Origin: an uncultured delta proteobacterium
GTDB taxonomy: Bacteria; Desulfobacterota; RBG-13-43-22
Reading direction: 5' to 3'
Length of the DNA stretch: 64,000 bases
NCBI GenBank assembly: GCA_963843145.1
Contig: CAWJJC010000005.1
Coordinates: forward strand, 172,595 to 236,594
Both the position numbers and the translations under genes were made by a program. Below are positions 1 through 9,262 of the stretch, piece by piece. Below the pieces are notes generated by a model. It ran no database searches. It saw nothing but the letters and a program-made list of their open reading frames with translations, and had not been told where the DNA came from. The stretch's first letter is position 1; each line of letters starts with the position of its first letter.

Positions 1-419
1 GATCAAATTCGAAGATCAGCGCTCTGGTCCTTTGATGAACTCAAGACTTTCCGGAATTTAATCATTCAAAGAACAGGCCGACTAACGACTCCCCAAGGAA
101 AATTGACGCTGGCCATGAGTGCCAATAAGGCCGTCCAAAAGGATTTCCTTGGCTGGAGAGGTGTTTCCTGAAAATGGGCTTTCTGGTCAATTACAGGAGG
201 AACTGGTCTTCTTCGGTCAGCCCAAAGAGAATCCCAAATAACTTTAAAGTTTTTCTTTGTGAGATCAGATGTTCCCTTCGCTTTTGATAAGTATATTTTC
301 TTGTTTCCCATTTTATCGCTGGATTACGGTGTAAACAAAAGTTCCGCAGAGCAGTTTACTTGAACAGGGTGTATAGTCTGTTCCCGATACATGCATAGGT
401 CTCAGGGCAGGAGAACAGC

Positions 420-2675
420 ATGACCGCCATCCGAACTTTTTTCCGCGATTTGCCCATTAGTTCAAAGCTGTTAGGTGCTTACGCCTCAGTTTTCATCATC
501 ACCCTGCTCATAGGCAGCGTTTTCCTCTATTCCCTGGTACGCCATACTATTGAGAGAAATATTGAAAGCGAGCTGAACAATACCACCACCATCATCCTGA
601 GCATGGTTCGCACAGCGGCCAAAACATCCATCAAAAACCACTTACGGGCGGCTGCCGCCCAGAATCACAAAATCGTTTCCTGGATTCATAAAAAACAGCT
701 CGACGGGGATTTAACCGAAGCCGAAGCCAAATTCCAGGCGCGTGAGTTGTTACTGAGTCAGACCGTTGGCAAAACCGGCTACATCTATGTCATCAACAGC
801 AACGGACTGGCCGAAATACACCCCAACGCTGGGGTTGAAGGAAAAAATTTCCGTCATGTTTCCTTTGTCCGGGAACAGATCGACCGTAAGGAAGGCTATC
901 TGGAGTACGAATGGCAGAATCCGGGGGAAGACTCTCCAAAACCCAAATCTCTCTATATGATTTACTTTGCGCCCTGGGACTGGATTATCTCGGTCACATC
1001 CTACCGAGAGGAGTTTGCGGAATTGATTGCGGTGGATGATTTTCGAGATAGTATTCTGGCCCTGCGCTTCGGTAAAACCGGGTACTCCTTTGTATTGGAC
1101 AGCAAAGGCAATTTGATTCTTCACCCCGTGTTGAAGGGCAATGCTTACAACTTTATCGATGCAGAAGGTAACCGGTTTGTCCGTACGATCTGCACCCAAA
1201 AGAAAGGCAAACTGATCTACTCATGGAAAAATCCGGAGGAAACGGAATTCAGGGATAAACTGGTGATTTTCAATTATATCCCGGAATATGACTGGATCGT
1301 GGCCTCTTCCTGCTATCTGGAAGAATCCTATGCCGCGCTTCGTGACGTCCGTACCGTGGTATTGGCTACCATAGCGGCGACGTTTTTATTGGCCCTGCCC
1401 ATCACCTGGCTCATGAGCGTCTATATTGTAAGACCATTGAAACGGTTGATGGTTTGCTTCAGAAAAGCCGGCACCGGAAACCTGAACGTGCGCATGGAAG
1501 ACACCGCCCGGGATGAAGTCGGTGAACTGACAGGATATTTTAACACCTTCATGGAAGAACTTCAAAAGTCAAACGAAAAGCTGGTCGCCGAGGTGAGGGA
1601 ACGCAAACAGGCCGAGGACCAGTTGCGGGTCAGCGAGAAAAAGTATCGGACTATTCTTGAGCGAATGGAAGAGGGCTATTTCGAGGTGGATAAAGAAGGA
1701 AATTTTACCTTTTTCAATGATGCTTTTTTGGCCATTCTTTGCTACTCTGAAAAGGAACTTATCCATTTGAGCATGAGGGAAATCGCGGAAGCCAAATCGG
1801 CTGCTCGACTCACCCAAACCCTAAAAGAAATAAGGGTTACGGGGAATCCCATCAAAACCGTCGACTGTAAGCTGATTAAAGGAGATGGTTCCTTCTGCGA
1901 CATTGAGACATCCATTTCTCTAATAGAAGACTCCCAGTGCGCTGAAGTTGGATTTCGGGGGGTTTTGAAAGATGTAACGGAGAAGAAAAGAGCGGAGAAA
2001 GCCTCCCGACGTCTGGAGAGGGAAATTCTGGACATCAGCGAAAGAGAACATCAGAAAATCGGTCGAAATCTCCATGATGACCTTTGCCCGCATCTGTTGG
2101 GTATCGAGGTGCTGACTGCGGTTCTCAAACAAAAACTCGAAGAGAAATCGATACCTGAGGCCCAAAACGCGAAAAAGATTCAAACACTGATACAGGATTC
2201 CATCAGAAAGTTGAAACGTCTGTCAAAGGGATTATATCCGGTGGATCTGCCGGATCACGGCTTTGATTCCGCTCTGGCGGACTTAGCGTTTCTTACCCAG
2301 GATATCTTCGGAGTGGCATGCCGTTTTAGCTGTGAAATACCGGTCAGTATCGCTGACAACACCGTAGCCATGCATGCTTACTACATCGTCCATGAAGGCA
2401 TTCACAATGCGATCAAGCACGCCAAGGCGGAGAATATCTTTGTCTCTTTAAGCGCGCAACATGGCAAAGTCAAATTGGAAATAAAAGATGACGGTTTGGG
2501 AATCGAAAAGGAGGACAACAACCGGGGCATGGGGTTGCGGATCATGAACTACCGGGCAAGGCGAATCGGCGCCGATCTCAACATAATGAAGGACGTGAAT
2601 GGCGGTACGGTATTGACCCTGGTATTGGCTGCGGACAGTTTAGGGAATAAGAAACAAGGCCTGGGTAATGGCTGA
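420..2675 (+). CDS. Membrane sensor histidine kinase (Cache-type periplasmic domains, HAMP, PAS, HisKA_3, HATPase_c)
   Basis: Two TM segments flank two Cache-like repeats (GKTGYIYVINSNG..HP / GKTGYSFVLDSKG..HP, each ending WDWII/YDWIV). HAMP (RPLKRL..DEVGEL), PAS, H-box LHDDL and ATPase motifs NAIKHA/DDGLG/GMGL follow. Confidence 0.93.
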   Translation: MTAIRTFFRDLPISSKLLGAYASVFIITLLIGSVFLYSLVRHTIERNIESELNNTTTIILSMVRTAAKTSIKNHLRAAAAQNHKIVSWIHKKQLDGDLTEAEAKFQARELLLSQTVGKTGYIYVINSNGLAEIHPNAGVEGKNFRHVSFVREQIDRKEGYLEYEWQNPGEDSPKPKSLYMIYFAPWDWIISVTSYREEFAELIAVDDFRDSILALRFGKTGYSFVLDSKGNLILHPVLKGNAYNFIDAEGNRFVRTICTQKKGKLIYSWKNPEETEFRDKLVIFNYIPEYDWIVASSCYLEESYAALRDVRTVVLATIAATFLLALPITWLMSVYIVRPLKRLMVCFRKAGTGNLNVRMEDTARDEVGELTGYFNTFMEELQKSNEKLVAEVRERKQAEDQLRVSEKKYRTILERMEEGYFEVDKEGNFTFFNDAFLAILCYSEKELIHLSMREIAEAKSAARLTQTLKEIRVTGNPIKTVDCKLIKGDGSFCDIETSISLIEDSQCAEVGFRGVLKDVTEKKRAEKASRRLEREILDISEREHQKIGRNLHDDLCPHLLGIEVLTAVLKQKLEEKSIPEAQNAKKIQTLIQDSIRKLKRLSKGLYPVDLPDHGFDSALADLAFLTQDIFGVACRFSCEIPVSIADNTVAMHAYYIVHEGIHNAIKHAKAENIFVSLSAQHGKVKLEIKDDGLGIEKEDNNRGMGLRIMNYRARRIGADLNIMKDVNGGTVLTLVLAADSLGNKKQGLGNG

Positions 2676-3333
2676 AGAAAAAATACGCGTTTTGATTGTT
2701 GAAGATCATCCCATTTTCCGAATGGGACTTAAAGAATTGATTAACGCACAAAAAGATATGGAAGTGTGTGGCGAAGCCGATGATGTGAATGTGGCAAGGC
2801 GGGCCGTTGGGGAGCATCCGCCTGATATGATTATTTTGGATTTGGCCCTGAAAAGCAGCAGCGGGATAGAACTGATAAAAGAACTCGGTGCTCGAAAACA
2901 AGACATTCCGGTATTGGTTCTGTCCATGCATGACGAATCGGTTCATGCCGAGCGTTGCATTTCAGCCGGCGCCAAGGGTTATATCATGAAACAGGAAGCC
3001 ACGGTATCCGTGGTAAAGGCGATTCGTCACATTTTAAACGGCAATTGTTATGTCAGCGAACAAATCATGACCCGGTTGCTAAATAGAATGCGTCGCCCGG
3101 ACGAACCTTTGCTCAGATCCCCTATCGGCAATCTGACGGATCGCGAGATAGAGATATTTCAATTAATCGGTAAAGGACATTCCCCAAGCAAAATTGCACA
3201 ACAGTTGCATTTGAGTGTGAAGACCGTAGGCACCCATAAGGAACGGATCAAGGAAAAACTGAACATCACAGACGGCGGCGAATTGGTCAGATTTGCCGTT
3301 TTGTCGAATGAAAACGAGAACGAGGATAGGTAA
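2668..3333 (+). CDS. NarL/LuxR-family response regulator
   Basis: REC (VEDHP..ILDLAL..LSMH..MK) plus LuxR HTH (LTDREIEIFQLIGKG..IAQQLHLSVKTV). Overlaps the kinase stop. Confidence 0.95.
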   Translation: MAEEKIRVLIVEDHPIFRMGLKELINAQKDMEVCGEADDVNVARRAVGEHPPDMIILDLALKSSSGIELIKELGARKQDIPVLVLSMHDESVHAERCISAGAKGYIMKQEATVSVVKAIRHILNGNCYVSEQIMTRLLNRMRRPDEPLLRSPIGNLTDREIEIFQLIGKGHSPSKIAQQLHLSVKTVGTHKERIKEKLNITDGGELVRFAVLSNENENEDR

Positions 3334-3430
3334 CTTACCTATCCTAATTTGAATAAATTGCCTATCGCAAATTCATTAATTTCCCTATATACTTTCCCGG
3401 CGTTTTTGATGATGATAGGTCATCTCCTAT
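3325..3430. promoter_or_regulatory. Putative regulator-binding array (GATAGGTAA-C-TTACCTATC palindrome and phased CCTAT repeats)
   Basis: Perfect 19-bp palindrome at 3325-3343. CCTAT starts at 3338, 3361 and 3384 (23-bp period). ATAGG-N6-CCTAT at 3415-3430. Confidence 0.5.
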
Positions 3431-3527
3431 GGAAGAGGATCTTGTTAATCGGGCTGACGGCTTAGTTGTCGGGTGGCAAACGGACTTTTTCAATTAACAA
3501 GACCTAAAATCGGCTTGCCGCATCTAT

Positions 3528-3592
3528 CGTCACTCCTGGCTAAAGCCGGAGTCCAGAAAAACTCTGGGTTCCGGATCAAGCCCGTCATGACA
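3528..3592. repeat. CGTC-tagged REP-like palindromic element (degenerate)
   Basis: CGTCACTCCTGGC-TAAA-GCCGGAGTCC...TGACA; same layout as the copy at 6781-6865. Confidence 0.65.
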
Positions 3593-3878
3593 TCGCAGGG
3601 AGGCCATTGATATCCATCGGCTTCTGGCCGGATAGCTGATTAAACATTGTGAATTTATAAATATTTTTCCTGAGTTGTCAGGCTATTATGTTCTCTATTG
3701 CTGATTTTCTCTACAGATCGGATATAGGGAAACAAGCGGAGATTTAAGTGAAAGACTGCTCGTAAAGGCCTGAATAAAAGATCAACTCCGGTAACAAATT
3801 TAAATTAATTCACAATTATCTCGGAGTTATGCTATAGAACACCTGTTTAGGTTAAGGTTTTTTAATGTGGTTTGAAAG

Positions 3879-5186
3879 TTGAAAAGATTGACCAAAGAGG
3901 CCGTTTTGAAAGATCGAATCTCCGGATATTTCGACCCTCAGTGGGAAACCCGACCTATTGAGGGAAAACGACCCGTAATAGAAAAACGCCTTCGTCAGAC
4001 CCTTCTATCTGCTTATGCCCAGGCCCCGGCCATAAAACATAAGTTCGATCTGGTGGGATTGCGTCCTGAAGAGATCCGGACGGAAAAAGATCTGGAACGG
4101 ATCCCTATTACTAAAAAAGTCGAACTGGTTGGCATCCAGAAAGCAAACCCTCCATTCGGCGGCTTGTTGACCCTTGCTCCCAACCAACTGAAACGAATTT
4201 TTGTTTCCCCCGGACCAATCTTTGATCCCATGAAAACAGGAGCGGCCGATTCCCGTTGCTGCAAGTGTCTCTTTGCCGCCGGGATCCGGCCGGGCGATCT
4301 GGTCCAGAATACTTTCCTTTATCATTTCACTCCCTTTGGATTATATTTTGATGATGCCCTGGTGGAGATGGGCTGCACCGTGATCCCGGCCGGGGTGGGC
4401 AACACCGAACTTCAGGCTCAGGTCATGCAGGCCCTGAAGGTGAACGGCTATATCGGGACCCCCAGTTTCCTGAAAGCCGTCCTGGACAAAGTCGAGGAAT
4501 TGGGATTTGATCCCCGGGAGGATCTGGATTTAAAGGTGGCGGTGGTGGGGGCCGAAATGCTGGCTGAATCCCTCCGGTCCGAGATTGAATCCCGGATCGA
4601 CCTGAAAGTCCGCCAAGCCTACGGCACGGCCGACGTGGGCCTGATCGGCCATGAATGCCCGGAGAAGAATGGGTATCACCTTTTCGATATGGAAATGTTC
4701 TTTGAGGTGGTGGACCCCTCCACCGGACGACAAACCCCGCCCGGGGAAATCGGAGAGCTGGTGGTCACCAGCTTTAACCCGGTCTATCCCCTGATCCGCT
4801 TCGGTACCGGAGATTTGACCGCCAGCGATGATTCCCGCTGCCCCTGCGGCAGGACAGCCCCCCGCCTGAAAGGGCTTTATGGCCGGGTGGATCAAGTCAC
4901 CAAAGTCCGGGCCATGTTCATCCATCCCAGCCAGGTGGATCAGGTCATTGGTCGGAATCCTGAAGTATCCCGGGGCCGAATAATCGTGACCCAGCAAAAC
5001 CATCAGGATGAAATGAACTTCCAGATTGAACTGAAGGACGATTTGATAGAAGCGGAGCCGCTGCTTAAAAAAATGCGGGAAGATATCCGGGAAATCATGC
5101 GGCTCCGGGGGGAAGTAATGATTGTCCCTCGAGGAGCCATCCCGGCCGACGCCAAAAAGATAGAAGACCGGCGAAACTGGGATTGA
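3879..5186 (+). CDS. Phenylacetate-CoA ligase (PaaK)-like AMP-forming CoA ligase
   Basis: PAGVGNTELQ, YIGTPSFL, QAYGTAD, LIRFGTGDL, CPCGRT, GRVDQVTKVRAMFIHP, IEDRR. TTG start. Confidence 0.85.
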   Translation: MKRLTKEAVLKDRISGYFDPQWETRPIEGKRPVIEKRLRQTLLSAYAQAPAIKHKFDLVGLRPEEIRTEKDLERIPITKKVELVGIQKANPPFGGLLTLAPNQLKRIFVSPGPIFDPMKTGAADSRCCKCLFAAGIRPGDLVQNTFLYHFTPFGLYFDDALVEMGCTVIPAGVGNTELQAQVMQALKVNGYIGTPSFLKAVLDKVEELGFDPREDLDLKVAVVGAEMLAESLRSEIESRIDLKVRQAYGTADVGLIGHECPEKNGYHLFDMEMFFEVVDPSTGRQTPPGEIGELVVTSFNPVYPLIRFGTGDLTASDDSRCPCGRTAPRLKGLYGRVDQVTKVRAMFIHPSQVDQVIGRNPEVSRGRIIVTQQNHQDEMNFQIELKDDLIEAEPLLKKMREDIREIMRLRGEVMIVPRGAIPADAKKIEDRRNWD

Positions 5187-5334
5187 GGGTTAATATAAAA
5201 AAAAGGCGTTGCGGGTTGCAGGTTCAAAAAAACCGATACTGGATACTGGATACTGGATAAAAGATGGTCATTCCTTTACTTCCCCTCCCCCACGTGGGAG
5301 GGGACTGAGGGGTGGGGAGACTTGGAATTTTCAA

Positions 5335-5513
5335 GTAGGGGCGGCGACCCCGCCGCCCAACCCGGGGCCGGATTTAGCCACCGTCGCCGTAAGCTTACCT
5401 TGGACGTGCAGGGAACTTTATCCCTCACCAAGCCCGCCGGCGGGGTCGCCGGCCCTACGATAAACGAAAACTTGGGATAATTTCATGATTCGCGGGTGCT
5501 CGCCCCGGGCATA
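5335..5513. repeat. ~180-bp composite repeat (GTAG-tagged REP doublet plus TCATG hairpin unit), left copy
   Basis: GTAG-palindrome...palindrome-CTAC at 5335-5458. The whole unit aligns by eye to the reverse complement of 8925-9104. Confidence 0.85.
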
Positions 5514-5551
5514 GGGGTTTATTATCCAAATCAAGGGAAGGAGATAAAGTC

Positions 5552-6709
5552 ATGCAATATAGTCTGACCGAAGAACAGCTCATGCTGAAGGATATGATCG
5601 GCCGACTGGCCAAGGAAAAGATCGCCCCCGGAGCGGCGGAACGGGACGAAAAAGGAGAATTCGCCGCGGACATGGTGGAACTGCTTCGGGAAAACGGCCT
5701 TTTCGCCGCCGATTTTCCCAAGGAGTACGGCGGGGAGGAAATGGGACTCCTCTCCCTGTGCCTGATTATCGAGGAAGTAGCCAAGGCCTGCGCCTCCACC
5801 TCGCTCATCCTGGCCGTCCATGAACTGGGCACCATGCCCATCTTTTTGGCCGGGAACAAGGAACAGAAGGATAAATACTTCCCCAAATTGGCGACGGGTG
5901 AATACCTGGCGGCCTTTGGTCTGACCGAACCGAATGCCGGCTCCGATGTGTCCGGCCTGACCACCAAGGCCGTGCGGGACGGAAATTATTATGTCCTCGA
6001 CGGGAGAAAAATTTTTATTTCCCACGGGGACGTGGCTCAGGTGGTTTGTATAGCCGCCAAGACCAATCTGGAAGTTCCCGGCCACAAGGGAATCAGCATG
6101 TTTATCGTGGAAAAAGGTACCCCGGGCTTTACCATCGGCAAGCATGAGAATAAAATGGGGATCCGGGGCTCCTCCACGGTGGAGCTCATCCTGGAGGAGG
6201 TGCGGGTGCCCAAGGAAAACCTGCTCGGACAGGAAGGAATGGGCTTTAACATCCTGATGAAAACCCTGGATTTCACCCGCATCCCGGTAGCCGCCCAGGC
6301 CCTGGGCATCGCTCAAGGGGCCTTGGACTACGCGATCAACTACACCAAGGAACGCGTCCAGTTTGGGAAACCTGTTTTTGCCAATCAGGGCATTCAATGG
6401 ATGATCGCCGAAATGGCCGCCAAGCTGGAGGCGGCCCGCCAACTCACCTACAAGACCGCCGCGCTCTACCAGACCTTTCCCAAAAACTTAGACCGGATGA
6501 CGGCCGAAGCCGTTCGCTATTCGGCCATGTGCAAGATGTTGGCCGCCGATACGGCCATGAGTGTGACCACCGATTGCGTCCAGTTGTTGGGCGGCTACGG
6601 CTTTATCAAGGAATATCCGGTGGAACGGATGATGCGGGACGCCAAGATCACCCAAATCTACGAAGGCACCTCGCAGGTGCAAAAGATGGTGATCGCCTCC
6701 ACCCTCTAA
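5552..6709 (+). CDS. Acyl-CoA dehydrogenase
   Basis: FGLTEPNAGSD, KMGIRGSST, RVQFGKP, QLLGGYG, ERMMRDAKITQIYEGT. Confidence 0.96.
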   Translation: MQYSLTEEQLMLKDMIGRLAKEKIAPGAAERDEKGEFAADMVELLRENGLFAADFPKEYGGEEMGLLSLCLIIEEVAKACASTSLILAVHELGTMPIFLAGNKEQKDKYFPKLATGEYLAAFGLTEPNAGSDVSGLTTKAVRDGNYYVLDGRKIFISHGDVAQVVCIAAKTNLEVPGHKGISMFIVEKGTPGFTIGKHENKMGIRGSSTVELILEEVRVPKENLLGQEGMGFNILMKTLDFTRIPVAAQALGIAQGALDYAINYTKERVQFGKPVFANQGIQWMIAEMAAKLEAARQLTYKTAALYQTFPKNLDRMTAEAVRYSAMCKMLAADTAMSVTTDCVQLLGGYGFIKEYPVERMMRDAKITQIYEGTSQVQKMVIASTL

Positions 6710-6780
6710 GCGCAAAGCGCGGAGCGTAGGGCGCGGAGCGTTTTTTAAAATGGGCTCAAAATAGAAACAACGCCCTGAAG

Positions 6781-6865
6781 CGTCATTCCCGCGACGCTTC
6801 TGAGCGGGAATCCAGGATTTTCTTAAGGAACATTGGATCCCCGACAAAGACATTCGGGGATGACG
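6781..6865. repeat. CGTC-tagged REP-like palindromic element
   Basis: CGTCATTCCCGC...GCGGGAATCC ... GGATCCCCGA...TCGGGGATGACG: two inverted hairpin units. Confidence 0.8.
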
Positions 6866-6984
6866 AGAATTTACTTTTTTATGAATTCTTGCTTATCATT
6901 CCGGCTTTGTTTTTTGCACTCTGCGCCTCGCGCCCTGCACTCCGAGCTCCGCGCCTTGCGCCTTCCGCCTCACAGATTTTAGAT

Positions 6985-7869
6985 ATGGAAATGATCCTGC
7001 AAATCATTGTCAGCGGGCTGGCCACGGGCGGCGTTTACGGATTGATCGGCCTGGGCTTTGTGCTGATCTACAAGGCCACCAGTGTTTTGAACCTGGCCAT
7101 GGGCGATTTTATGACCCTGGGGGCCTTTATCTGCCTGACCGTGCTGGAAAAATTTCAGGCCCCCTTTTATGTGGCCTTTTTGGTTACCCTGCTGTGCGCC
7201 TTTATCATTGGGATAACCGTGGAACGACTTATTCTCCGACCGCTGATCGGGGAACCGGTCATTTCCGTTATCATGGTCACCATCGGTTTGGGGGTGTTTT
7301 TGCGGGGGATCATGTACATGGTCTGGACCCCTGTCTTTCGCAGTTTTCCGGAGATCTTCCCCCCCCAACCACTTAACCTGGGATTTGCCATTGTCCCCTC
7401 CGGTCTGCTCTGGGGGTTTATCTTTGCCGTCATCGGGACCTTTGTCTTTTTGTTCATTTTTAAATTTTCCCGGACCGGGGTGGCCATGCGAGCCACAGCT
7501 AATGACCAGCAGGCCGCCCAATCCATGGGCATCAGCGTCCGCTGGGTCTTTGCCCTGGCCTGGAGTTTCGGCGCCGTCGCTTCGGTAATCGGCGGAATCG
7601 TCGTCGGGAACCTCTCCGGTATCAGCGTCTACATGGGGGACATCGGGCTCAAGGTGCTGGCCGTCATCATTTTAGGCGGACTGGACAGCATCGGCGGCGC
7701 TATCCTGGGGGGATTTATTATCGGGGTCCTGGAAAACCTGGCCGGGTTCTATATCGATCCCCTGGTCGGCGGCGGCATAAAAAACGTGGCTCCTTTCTTT
7801 ATCCTGGTGATCATCCTGATGATCCGCCCTTACGGGCTGTTCGGCAAAAAGCTGATTGAGCGGGTTTAG
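6985..7869 (+). CDS. livH: Branched-chain amino acid (HAAT) ABC transporter permease, LivH-like
   Basis: GLATGGVYGLIGLGFVLIY..VLNLAMG, GVAMRATA, ILGGLDS. Start moved to ATG 6985 because the upstream ORF extension is heptamer repeat. Confidence 0.9.
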   Translation: MEMILQIIVSGLATGGVYGLIGLGFVLIYKATSVLNLAMGDFMTLGAFICLTVLEKFQAPFYVAFLVTLLCAFIIGITVERLILRPLIGEPVISVIMVTIGLGVFLRGIMYMVWTPVFRSFPEIFPPQPLNLGFAIVPSGLLWGFIFAVIGTFVFLFIFKFSRTGVAMRATANDQQAAQSMGISVRWVFALAWSFGAVASVIGGIVVGNLSGISVYMGDIGLKVLAVIILGGLDSIGGAILGGFIIGVLENLAGFYIDPLVGGGIKNVAPFFILVIILMIRPYGLFGKKLIERV

Positions 7870-7874
7870 AGCTG

Positions 7875-8918
7875 ATGCGCTGCGGTGATTTTAAAGAATC
7901 GTATATTCAGGACGACGCTATTTTTCAGTCCGGACCCGTCAAGTTTTTTCTGGCCCTTTTTTTCGTTTTCCTCCTGATCTTTCCCTTCGTGGCCAATGCC
8001 TATATGCTTTACCTGGCCAACATGATCGGGTTTGCTGTCATCGGGGCCGTGGGTTTGAACCTGCTCACCGGCTTTACCGGACAAATATCGCTGGGCCACT
8101 CGGCCTTTATCGGAGTAGGGGCCTATACCTCAGCCATCCTGATCACCCGCTTAGGCTTCTCTTTCTGGCTATCGCTGCCCTTCGCCGGCCTGGTCTCAGC
8201 CCTGGCCGGTCTGATTATCGGACTCCCGTCCCTAAGGGTCAAAGGCCTGTATCTGTGCATCGCCACTTTGGCTTCCCAGTTCATTCTGGAATTTATTTTT
8301 GTGCACTGGGAATCCCTGACCAAGGGGATCGCCGGTATTCACCTCCCGGCGCCTCAGATCGGCGGTTTTGTTTTTTCCACGGAAAGAAAGTTTTATTGGA
8401 TTACCCTGTTTTTTGTCATCATCGCCGTGGCCTATGCCCGGAACCTGGTTCGGTCCCGCATGGGCCGGGCCTTTGTGGCCATCCGGGACCGGGACTTATC
8501 GGCCGAAATTATCGGCATCGATCTACTACGTTATAAATTGAGCGCCTTCGCCATCAGTTCCTTCTACGCCGGTGTAGCCGGGGCCCTCTGGGTGAGTTTT
8601 CTGAAGGTGGTCACTCCGGAACATTTTCCCTTTATCCTCAGCATCCAGTTCCTGGCCATGGTCATCATTGGTGGTTTGGGCAGCATCCTGGGCTCGATCT
8701 TCGGCGCCGTATTCATGACCATTGTCCCCGAATTTTTGGGTTATATGGCCTCGGTGGTGAAAACGCTGGCTCCCGGGTATGATCAGTTATTCATTCCGAT
8801 GAAAGAGGTGATTTTTGGGGGGCTGATCATCGTTTTCCTGATTTTTGAGCCTCATGGCCTGGCGGAAATATGGAACCGCGTTAAGAGCGTCTTCCGCCTT
8901 TGGCCGTTTTCGTATTAG
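7875..8918 (+). CDS. livM: HAAT ABC transporter permease, LivM-like
   Basis: GLNLLTGFTGQISLGHSAF, LRVKGLYLCIATL, GRAFVAIRD, IIGGLGS. Confidence 0.92.
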   Translation: MRCGDFKESYIQDDAIFQSGPVKFFLALFFVFLLIFPFVANAYMLYLANMIGFAVIGAVGLNLLTGFTGQISLGHSAFIGVGAYTSAILITRLGFSFWLSLPFAGLVSALAGLIIGLPSLRVKGLYLCIATLASQFILEFIFVHWESLTKGIAGIHLPAPQIGGFVFSTERKFYWITLFFVIIAVAYARNLVRSRMGRAFVAIRDRDLSAEIIGIDLLRYKLSAFAISSFYAGVAGALWVSFLKVVTPEHFPFILSIQFLAMVIIGGLGSILGSIFGAVFMTIVPEFLGYMASVVKTLAPGYDQLFIPMKEVIFGGLIIVFLIFEPHGLAEIWNRVKSVFRLWPFSY

Positions 8919-8924
8919 ACCCGC

Positions 8925-9104
8925 ATGCCCAGAGGTGGACACCCCGAATCATGAGAATATTCCAAGGTTTTGTTTTTCGTAGTGCCGGCGACCCCGCCGG
9001 CCGGCTGGGTGAGGGCTAAGGGTCCCTGCTCATCCGAGGTAAGGCCACAGCGAAGGTGGCCAAATCCGGGCACGGTTTGGGCAGGCAGGGATCGCCGCCC
9101 CTAC
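8925..9104. repeat. ~180-bp composite repeat, right (inverted) copy
   Basis: Reverse-complement similarity to 5335-5513 along the whole length, including the spacer between the GTAG palindromes. Confidence 0.85.
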
Positions 9105-9262
9105 GAAAGACCACTTCGCCATTCGATATTCGGTGTTCGATATTCGTTATTCGTATTCTTTATTTGTGGACTAAGGGTTCTGCGAAAGGGGGGATTATTT
9201 TTTAAACCATCAGGCCCAACGAGACTTCAAAGCTAACCTTAAACAAGAAGGGGGAAACTTTT

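Noticed and set aside
66-311. 81-aa minus-strand ORF
   Set aside because: No recognisable motif. It may be real but cannot be supported from the sequence alone.
3647-3828. Rex-like operator half-sites (TTGTGAA at 3647, TTCACAA at 3809)
   Set aside because: Only one good half-site at each position, in AT-rich DNA.
5209-5463. Short ORFs in spacers (also 8970-9236 and the 6889-6984 extension of livH)
   Set aside because: These are translations of REP and heptamer repeats, not genes.
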